The notes below the pieces were generated by a model. That model had not been told where the DNA came from. It worked only from the letters and a program-made list of their open reading frames with translations, and did not search any database. From the human T2T-CHM13v2.0 reference genome, Homo sapiens: a stretch of DNA of 64,000 bases. Both the position numbers and the translations under genes were made by a program. Positions 52,790 to 64,000 of the stretch are shown piece by piece. Numbering within the stretch: the first letter of the stretch is position 1; every line of letters starts with the position of its first letter. The stretch lies in the NCBI RefSeq assembly GCF_009914755.1, contig NC_060933.1; one strand, 5' to 3'.

Positions 52790-54130
52790 CGTTAAGAGGG
52801 TAGGTCAGAGAGATGGTGGAGTCAGATCTTGCAGGTCTTTGTAAGCTATTGGAAACAATTAGGCTTTTATTTCAAGTGAGATGGGGAGCCATAGCAGGGT
52901 TCAAGCACAGGGTGATTTGTCTGTCTTGTGCTTTTAAATGATCACCCTGATGACTGTTTTCTTATAGACTATAGGGATGCAAGGGTGGAAGCTGGGAGAC
53001 CAGTTAGAAGGTGATGGCAGTAATTCTGGCAAAAGAAGATGGTGGCTGAGTGAGGGTGGGAGCGTGGCAGTGATGACGGGTGGTCGAATTCTGGATATAT
53101 TTTAAAGATAGAACCAACAAGATTTGCTGTTGGTCTTTGGATGGGACAGGAAGAGAGGAGTGAAGGATGACTCCTTAATTTTTGACCTGACCAATTGGTA
53201 TTTTGATTTTCTACGTATTTGTACACTCCTCGAAGATAATTCCAAAGTAGATTGGGGTTTCCAATTATTGAGGTAAAGAAGACTATGGGAAAAATAAGTT
53301 TGTGTGCATTACGAGTTTAACTTTGCATGTGTTAAGTTTGAGATGTCCATGAACCACCCAAGTGGATTGTTGATTAGGAGTTGGATGTGTGGAGTCTGAG
53401 GGGGAGGGGAAATATCTCTACTGGAGATGAAGATTTGGGGGTTCAGTGCATAGGTTTATTTGAAGTCAATGTGATGAGATCATTTGGAGAGATGAATGTA
53501 GGTGGAGAATATAAAGGACCAGGGACTGAGCCTGCGTGTCTCCAGTGTTTATGGCCCTGTAGATGAGGAGGACTAGCAAGGAAAAGAGGGAGGAGGAGCA
53601 GCCTGTGAGGCAGGAGGGAAACTGTGTGTGAGCGGTGCCTTAGAAGCCAAATTAAAGGATTTTAATGAGAGCCAAAGAGTGCTGATATGTCAAATGAGAT
53701 GAGGACTGGAATCGACCATCAGCTGTTGCAAGGTGGAAATGATCAGTGACCTTCTGAGTGGTCACTTTGGTGGGAGGTGAGAACCAAAGCCTGCCTGCGT
53801 ATTCAGGAGTGCATGGGAGAGAAGAATTGGTGCAGTGAATACAGGCAGCTCTTCAGGAGTTTTGCTGTAAGAGGAATAGTGGGATGGGACGTCAACCCGT
53901 GGGGAAGTGAGTTCAAGGAAGCGCCTTGGCTCCTTCTTTAAAGAAGAGAGATTTTATAATACGCTTGTATGCTGATGAGGGCGATCCCAATAGAGGGAGA
54001 ATTTGTGGATACAGGGAGTGTGTGGAGGGCACAATTGCTGTAGGGGTGACCCTGAGCAAGCCAGGTGGGGTGGGAACCAAGGGTCTGCAGAGTGGGGGCC
54101 ATGGTCTGATGTGGGTCTGGGAGTGCTTTG
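52790..54130 (-). mobile_element. L2a LINE fragment
   Basis: Minus-strand ORF 52969-53226 ends NYCHHLLTGLPASTLASL, cf. L2 ORF2 DYCNSLLTGLPASTLAPL. Confidence 0.85.
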
Positions 54131-54264
54131 TTACTTGTCTAAGAGGGGAGATAAGAAATAGAGAGGAAACAAACTTTATAGCAATTTGGTAGAGCAGTTT
54201 TGTCTGTTGAGTTTGATAAAATATTGGGGCTTGTATTTTTTGTCTTTCATTTTTCTAGTAGCCT

Positions 54265-54930
54265 ATTTTTTATTGAGGTAGAATCCACCTAACATTAACT
54301 ATTAACCATAATTGAAGTGTACAATTCAGTGGCATTTGGTACATTCACAGAGTTGGGCAACCGTCACCTCTATCTGATTGCAAGGCACTTTCATCACCCC
54401 AAAAGGAAACCCCCCATCCTCCCTCCTCCAGCCCCCTGGTAATCACTAATCTGCTTTCTGTCTCTATAGATTTGCCAGTTCTGGAATGGAATCTCATAAT
54501 ATGTAGCCTTTTGTGTCTTGCTTCGCTTAGCTTAAATGTTTTCATGATTCAGCTACACTGTCGTATAGATCAGTATTTCATTCCTTTTTGTGGCTCAATA
54601 TCATTCCATAGTATGGATGGATATACCACATTTTGTTTAGCCGTTCATCAGTTGAGGGATATTGGGTTGTTTCCACCTTTTGGGTAATGTGAATAGTGCT
54701 GCTTTGAACATTTGTGTACAAGTCTTTGTTTGAATGTCTGATTTCACTTCTTCTGGGTGTATGCCTAGAAGTGGAATTGCTGGGTCCTATGGTAAGTCTA
54801 TATGTAATTTTTGAGGAACATGTTACTGTTTTTCACAGCAGCTGCATCGTTTTACATTCTTACCATAGTATATGAGGGTTCCAGTTTCTCCACATCCTTG
54901 CCAACACTTGTTTTCCATTTAAAAAAACAG
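54265..54930 (-). mobile_element. L1MB 3' end
   Basis: gtgtacaattcagtggcatttggtacattcacagagttgggcaacc...agaagtggaattgctgggtc. Confidence 0.88.
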
Positions 54931-54932
54931 TT

Positions 54933-55435
54933 TCCAGCCTGAGCAACATAGTGAGACCCCATCTCTACAAAAAAATAAAAAATAAAAAATTAGCTGGGTT
55001 TGGTGCCACGCACCTGTAGTTCTGACTACTTGGGAGGGTGAGGCAGGAAGACCACTAGAGCCCAGGCTGCAGTGAGCTATGATCACACCATTGCACTCCA
55101 GCCTGGGTGACAGAGCGAAACCCTGAGACCCACACTGCATCCAGCACTGCATCACGACACAGCCCTCCAGCTCTGTAGCACAGGCAGGCATGCAGGGGTG
55201 CAATCATAGCTCACTGTAGCATCAACTTTCCAGGCTCAGGTAATCCTCCCACCTCAGCCTCCCGGGTAGCTAGGACTACAGGTGAGCACCACAACGCCCA
55301 GCTAATTTTTTTTTTCTGTAGAAACAGAGTTTTGCCATATTGCTCAGGCTGTCTTGAACTCCTGGGCTCAAGTGATCCTCCCACCTCGGCCTCCCAAAGT
55401 GCTGGGATTATAGGTGTGAGCCATCTTATCTGGCC
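54933..55435. mobile_element. Tail-to-tail AluJ pair, both lacking A tails
   Basis: (+) 54933-55125 and (-) 55170-55435. Confidence 0.85.
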
Positions 55436-57324
55436 AAGAAAAAAGTCTGGGGGGCTCTAGTAATTCATTTTTATTGTATTTTGCCAAAGTACCAGACCAC
55501 GGTGGGTTGGAAACTGGAAAAAAAAAAGTTTAAAGCAGGCCTCTCCTGCTCCACAGACTGTTTGAAGATCACTTGTCTAGTGCCCAGATGGAGGGTTGGC
55601 TTATATAAGAATGTGGCCACTTCGTAGTAACAGATGCAAGCTGTTCGGGAAGTGGTAGTGGGAACAGCTTTGAAATGATGCTTCCCCAGCTGGTGATGAA
55701 GAGACAGATCTCCACAGCAGCCCCTGTGTTTTAACAGATGCACCTCTGTCTAGAGGTGGGTGGCACTGCACATTTGAGAATAGACATCGTTCTCTGCATG
55801 TTGAATTCTTGAGTATAAGTTGCTGGAGTATGTGGTTGGTCGACACCTGCAAAAAGGTTTAGGTTTCAGTTGGTGAAGGTAATACACTTAGATATTTTTG
55901 TCTGTTTATTTTGTGATCTCGGTTTAAAAGTTAGAAATGGTGCCTTATTTCTTTTGGTTCCGTCTCAGAGTGGCAGCCTGCCGTGCAACTTCAGCCTTCC
56001 TTCACGTCCAAGCTGCACTCTTTTCAGGAGAAAGAAACATTTAAGGTGGTGCTTACAGATCATGAAGTGTTCATGTATTACTCATTTAACACACAGAGGT
56101 TGTCAGCAGTTCCGTGAAGCGAGTTGCAGAGCATCTACATTTTACCCAAAGGTCAGATGGCCACCGTCAGTGACGGGCTCCATGGAGTTGAAGGCTTCAT
56201 GCTCCTCTGTGATGTGTAAGCAGCTTGCAGAGGCCTCTGTGCTCCCAAATACAACTTTTCGAATCCATCTGGCGTTGGCAATGTCGTGGACCAGGGAGTC
56301 TAGCAGTGCCTGATTTCACTGATACCATAGGCCTCTCCTTCAGGATGACCAGGACTGCATGCAAAATGGGTAGCTTGCACCTCAGGGAGTGGACTTGCTT
56401 AATGCTGCATGTCAGACTTGGACTTTTAGGAAAAGGTCATCTGGCTGCACCTCCCAAGTTTGCAGGTGAGAAAACTGAGGTTCTGCTCTCTGTTGGGAGC
56501 ACCCTGAGATCTACTTGCTCTTGATCCAGAACGCCAAAGGTGCCCTTTATGTGAGGTGAGGTGACATTCTGTGACAAGCGGCCATGTGGGGTGGTAGAGA
56601 ATTCTGTACGTGGAATCTGAATGGGACCCATGACTTAGCAGGTTATGTGGCAGTACCAGATGCTTCCCTGAGAGCCTCGATTTCCTTACCTGCTGAGAGA
56701 GGGTGAGGATGTTGGCTCTGTGGAGGCCACACCAGTGTTGTGAGGATGAAATGGTGTCTGATGTGCAAACAAGCTCAATAATCACAAAATGCAGGTAAAG
56801 GATGGCAGGTGTTATCATGACTTGCCCCCATTTTTTCCTGCGAGGGCTGTGTGGGCATTTCACATAGCTCTTCTTGTAGGGGAGAACGATGCCTTTGAAA
56901 TGTTGTAGAGCTTGGCTGGCACGAAGGAGAGTGGGGCAAAGACTCAGAGGGCTGCGTTTGTTATGTATGCGTCCTGCCCTGAGCTGTATTTCTCAGCCAG
57001 TAGGATAGAAAAACATCAACCCTTGTCTTTCTCTGCTTTAAGGAAAGCTGAATGTGTTTTATGCAACATTTAGAAAATGCTGAGTTTAATTTAAACTTGA
57101 CATTTTAGAAATGACTTATTATTTGCTAAATTTCAAAGAAAAGAGCACTTTGTAAGTAAATCTGTTTTCGTTATGTGTCCATTTTGTTCTCAGCTTTAAC
57201 TTGGAACAGAGAAGTAAGTGGGGCTTTCAGTGGCAACAAGGCCAGTGAATGGAAGGGCATTGGAACTATCCCAGGAGACGAGGTCTTGCTCAGGTCCCCA
57301 GCTCTGGAGCCAGTAGTAAGATGA

Positions 57325-57634
<310 letters not shown>

Positions 57635-59951
57635 CTGATCAATCCCTTAGAGCTTCAGTTACATCTGGAAAGTGGAAAACAATAATAACACATGTATCTA
57701 TTTTTATATATGGATCACATAAGGAATTATGTAAAAGTATGGCAGAATCTGTCATCTCTCATATACTTGTATGTAGACCTTTTACCGTGGCTTATGTATC
57801 TTTCTGTTTTGGCAGGTGCCTGGCAGTGGGCTGTACAAATGAAAATGATTACTGTCATTAAGGAGGGCTAAGCGTATGTGTATCATGATTCTTGAAATTA
57901 GCTAGACATCATGGTCTGCCGAGTGAGGAAGATGGAGCATACTAATTTTAAGCAGATAATAAACATTTGGAAATGGCAGCTTTAAAGATGTATTTTTTAA
58001 TATATTACACTTATGATATGTTTGCCAAGTAAAACACACCAGTGCTTTTCAGGGAATGTGAAGAACACCAGCAGGTCCCTTTATGCCTAAAGAATGGTAC
58101 AGAAGCAAGCTGACATGCTGTTGGATGAGGACAAGCAGATTTCTGTCTTTCCTTCAAACTTCTTTCTCTTTCTGCATACAAAGAGCACCCCACAAGGCAA
58201 ACTGTGGGCAAGATTGAGAGCTGTCGGGCTCCTAACGTGTCCTCTGTGTAAAGCACTGCCATTTGACAAGGCCTCCTCCAGGCTGTAGTCTGGAAATAGC
58301 AGGACTTCCCAGGGGCCTACCTCAGGGAGGTCACACTTACTCATGTAAGGATAAGGTCCATTCACTGCAGCATGTTAGCAAGAATTACCAGGGTGTGTGC
58401 CCACACGGAGGGTCAGCTTCGTACTTCTCCAGGTGCCTGGCATCGTGCAGTGTTCTCAGATGGCTCCCGGGATGGTTTGTCATTTCTTAAATGAGTAAGA
58501 AACCAACTGTGGAATCTTTTCTGTTCGTTCCTCATCTACTTGGAGTTAGGTATTCCAGTGAAGCATTCGGTGAAATAAATCAGACACCAACAAACATGGG
58601 GTACTGTCCCCAGGCCACAGACATCTTGGATTTATGCCATGTAGAATCTTCCCTTTGGAAAACTTGAATTTTGGGGACTTAATTATCTATGTGTGACTGG
58701 TATTTTGATTAAGAACGCAGCCCTGCCGGAGGGTCAGGGGTGCTTATTCAATATTCACACTTAACAGAGAGGATGGGTGTGCAGGCAGAGCGCCGTGACT
58801 TCCTCTAAGCCTTGTTGCTAGTGTTTAAGAGGAGGAGCCAGCCTACGAACTCAGACCCCTGAATTACTTTCCTGGGCGCTCTTTCTTCTAGTATATCCTG
58901 TGTTTTTCTCTTCATTTCCTTCCTTTTCTTTTTCTTCCCTTACAAACACACGTGCAGCTCCTCCAGTGTCTGTAAGACAATATCTGACCACTCTGTGTAT
59001 AACTCATTTAATTATCTGGATAATGCTATTATCCCCATTTGACAGATGAGGATATTGAAGCATAGAGACAGTGCCTGTTAGGTAGGGGAAAAGAGGGGTC
59101 CTGTTCCAGTGTGGCACGTGGAGGAACTGAAGCTCAGTGATGATGCTGTTTATCCAAGGCCTCACTGGGCTACAGTCTAGCACCCTCATGTCTTAAGTAT
59201 TTTCAAGGAAATGGTGGCTGTGATTGGGGTTGAGAGTGCACTTGGGAATATTCTATTTGCAGGGACTAAAGGCATGGATGCAGTTTGTTTGGCTGTAATG
59301 ATGAGATACCTGTCTTACAGGTAGCACATGCCTGATGCAGAAATGCCCCCATCTGGGGTTGTGGTTCTGTAGCACATTACTGTCATAGTAAAAAAACTCA
59401 AAAGCAAACTTAAACCCTTCGGCATATCAGGTGTGGTGTTTCTCTTTACATTGCTATTCCCAAAGCTCAGTATAAACTTTAAGATACCTTTATGAGCACA
59501 GTAAAGTCACTTTTAATTTTGTGATTATATTTGAATTTTCCTTTTATTTAATAAGAGAGAGTCAAGTGGAAGGGTTAATATTTGATAAGGGCAGAAATCA
59601 CAAAATTTAACTAGTGATTAGCTTTGAAATCATAAGTGCAAATAGAAACACAATCAGCTACTTTCAAAAATATTTATTCTCTTTTTTCCCTGTGGGCATC
59701 AGCTGTTAAGTGATTACATATTCTACTTGTTATTTTATTGTTAAACTCCTGTGACTAAGAGGCCTGGCAGTTTTCCTCAGATAATTTTTGAGGAAGATGT
59801 TATTTAATCTTCACCTAGTCTGTCAGCAGCTTATCATGAGATTGCTTTTACGACTTTAATTTATTCTGTAAAAGCTATAGATTGAATACACAGAGCAACT
59901 ACAGAGAGGTTTTCATTTTGGCTAAAGATTGCAGCCTAGAGAAGACACAGG

Positions 59952-59977
59952 GAGAGAGAGAGAGAGAGAGAGAGAGA
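59952..59977. repeat. (GA)n microsatellite
   Basis: Seen directly. Confidence 0.95.
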
Positions 59978-61954
59978 AGCTCTGGAAACCACAGTTTAGG
60001 AATGCCTAAATGCTCTGACAAAGCCAGGTTGAACATATTTACTAGAAAACATTGCCTGTCTGTTTTCAATGCTGATGTTATCTTCATGGGATTCAGGTGT
60101 GGCAGTGAGTTCCATCCCTGCCTGCTCAGTAGAGGGACCCAGCTCTCTTGTGGGTACATCACAAATCATCAAGTTGGCCAGTTTCTGTTACTCATTTAGA
60201 GACCATTTGTATTTGAACATCCCAGAGAACTGACGTCTGTCTGTTGGGCCCTCCTTGGATGTGACACTAGCCAGTTGGGTTAGAGCTTCCAGCATCCTCA
60301 CTCATGAGATTTCCTCATTTGAATCTGACCTGAATCCACAGGGCCCTAGCGATTTTTTTCAGGGATGGCGTGGAGTACTTCTGGAGTTTATTTTCCCTGC
60401 TTGCCTCTTCAGAGGCACGGCCCAGGCCAAGTACAACTTGAATAACCTTCAGGAAAGGTGTGCTGTCCTTCTTTCGGCCGGCCGCTGTCTTTGAAAATTG
60501 CCTCCAGAGTTAGTGAGCAGGAACAGTTAAGATTTACAAACAATGATGAAGCTTGTCATGCATCTTTCACCATTCATCATCCAGGTGCCGTGCCTGGGCG
60601 GTGAAGTGTTCTTCATAAAAACCAGCTCAGTGTGAAATACACCTCGCTGCAATGTTTACTGCTTTGAAGCTCGTCAGCGGCCCTTTATAGTAAATCCAGA
60701 TTGCGATGTGACATTACAGTATATCATTGCCCGGCGCGGTGGCGTTTACACTAGGAATGAGTGCAGTGCACACCAGATGAGGTGTCCAAATTGAGTTATG
60801 TCAGAATTTGGCTGTTATATGGGGATAGCTTTTGTTTTCTGAACACTGAAAGTTAGCTTTATATGTATTTATATTTATATATAGGCATATACTTCCCATC
60901 TTGCCCGTATACACGGGGTATACAATAGATGCTGAGGTCAGGTTCCAAATGCGCTTCCTGGTGTAAAGAATGGTGACCAGATTTTATGTGCCTTCCAAAT
61001 TGTTGTCCGTTGAAATTGGCATAAATGGAATCTTTGGGGGGAACTAGAGTAGATGGTTATTTCAGTTTAGAAGCAGCTTTGATTTTGCTATGTGTGAAGT
61101 GACCATATTTGCCATCCTTTCCTATGAAAACTTGGAACACTTTCTCCCGGGAGTATTGTGGTACATTGGAATGTCCGTTTGATAGGAGGGCAAAGAGGAG
61201 AAACCCATACAACTGTTGCCACCCATTGTGGAGCATCTTGCCTGTCCTGTTGAGCACATATGCTTGGGGAGGTCTCTGAAGTCAGTGGCTTATTTATTAT
61301 TTCTTTTAGTGGGTATCAAAATCCTAGTGCTGCCTAGTGTTATCTTGAAAGATGCTGCTTCCAAGAGATTGATGGTGTTTTAGCTTAAATCTGCAAAATA
61401 AAAGAGCACACTGAATTTATTGCATGATCAGGTTTATTTACATTCACGCTAAAAGTGCCGATATTAAAAATGAGCTCCATAAAAAAATAATATTCAGAGA
61501 CAGCAGCCGGCTCTGCAGTCCCATGATCATCTGCTTAACACACATATTTTAAAATTCTCTGTTAAGTATAGCAGGATTGTTAGGAGAGTCATTTTGTGGT
61601 CTTTAAACACCTGGCTTTACATTGAATCCAGGGTCTCTCCCCCATGTATACTTGCATAAAATCTGGGTTAGGGATTTCCTCTACTTTAAATGCAGAGGTC
61701 AACATAGCCTTCCCAGCCATACTCTCTGCCTCTTAGTTGCAGTGTCTTCTTACTAGAGATGATTAACTCGGCCAGGTCTGAGCTTCCTGAGGCAGCGAAA
61801 GAAACAATCACAGGCGTATGGAACTTGACCTCTAGGGGCAGTAGAGGAGCCAGAAGCTTTCCATTGGCTTTGACTCTTGGAGAACCAGAGACTATACCCA
61901 AATCAGCCCAGTAGTTTTTTACCAGGGTGGGTCGGCCCAACATGTACAATCACT

Positions 61955-62444
<490 letters not shown>

Positions 62445-63469
62445 TACTTCATCTGTGTCTTCTCTGAAACACCCTGGGATAGAAGGCAAAATGGAAAGTG
62501 AACAAAGGATTGCAGTACCTTCTCTAAGCATGTTCAGTAATTTTAAGGGTGGTTTCAGTTTTTTTCTTTTTTTGAGATGAGGATCTCACTATGTTGCCCA
62601 GGCTGGACTCGAGCTCCTAGGCTCAAGTGTTCCTCCTGCCTTAGCCTCCAGAGTATCATTTTTATTTCTACAAAAACAGTACAAGAGGGCAATGCTAATC
62701 ATGCTTGGAAAGCTCTTATTTTGATTGATGTTGTTTAGTAATTTCTTGGTGAAAAGTTTCTGGATTGTAGTTTATCCTTGAACATATTAACATATTATTT
62801 CTCCTTCTGCTTGGGTGATACATAGGTCCAGAAAGGTCAAAAGAATATTCTTTCTTTCTTTCTATTATATAGGCTAGACACATTCATATATGTAAATGAA
62901 AGCTAATCCACTGCTGCTCAGAATGAAAATGGAAATTTATACTTTTCATGCATTTTGTTCCGTTGTCCCCCTGTTTGTGCCAGGCCTAACAGTGACTCTT
63001 AAAGCTGTTCTGCAGGGTCAGTTCCTCAATATCTCTTTCCTTAAGTCCCCCCAGGATGTAAACTGATGGCTCAGTCAGTAAACAAGTGAGAAATTCATTG
63101 AGTGCCAGTTAGTGTCTGGGCCTAGCATAATGCTCTGGGAGATGAACCATGAGAGAAGGCGTGGCTGCAGGGATAGTGAAAGGTCAGCGGTTTTAGGGAC
63201 ACCTCCCTTCCCTTCCTGTCTGCAGAACAGCCTTGCGTCTGAGCTTCTGTATGCTGTGGAATGGAGTAGCTGTGTGCCCAGCCGTCTTGACCTTATTCAA
63301 GACCTGGTTGAAGTCTTCCTCATAAACCTAAGAGGGTGTTTTCTTCTCAAATTAGAGAAACCAGGATTACAGTCAAATTCTTGATAAATGCTCCAAATAC
63401 GGAGCCTTTTCCAGGCACACTTCACCTTTGTTACTTACATAGCTATAGAGGTAGGATGGAGCTAGATTG

Positions 63470-64000
<531 letters not shown>

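Overview
Primate, almost certainly human, genomic DNA from inside the DMRT1 gene (9p24.3), transcribed on the + strand. The window holds the 3' part of intron 2, coding exon 3 (27167-27450, 284 nt), intron 3 (~22.6 kb), coding exon 4 (50013-50157, 145 nt) and the 5' part of intron 4. The rest is intronic: about 49 Alu copies or fragments (roughly 2:1 antisense), L1/L2/L3/MIR fragments, two complete solo LTRs with target-site duplications (TSDs), an MLT2 fragment, a near-complete Charlie1a hAT element carrying a 5S rRNA fragment, and several MITEs. Nearly all ORFs in the supplied track are repeat-derived or chance ORFs. I found no prokaryote-type system (CRISPR, operon). The most interesting observations are: (1) exons 3+4 form a stop-free, phase 1-1, 429-nt module, so a back-spliced circle would be an endless ORF; (2) a TSD-flanked antisense insertion of Alu + unique sequence + AATAAA + poly(A), i.e. 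an Alu 3'-transduction or a 3'-UTR retrocopy; (3) several locally templated insertion scars, including a ~230-bp inverted copy taken from 3 kb away; (4) three short tandem duplications outside Alus; (5) a NAGNAG acceptor and read-through isoform potential; (6) a compact GATA-SOX-NR5A1 motif cluster. Repeat family names were assigned by eye from remembered consensus sequences, and repeat boundaries are approximate unless a TSD is quoted.
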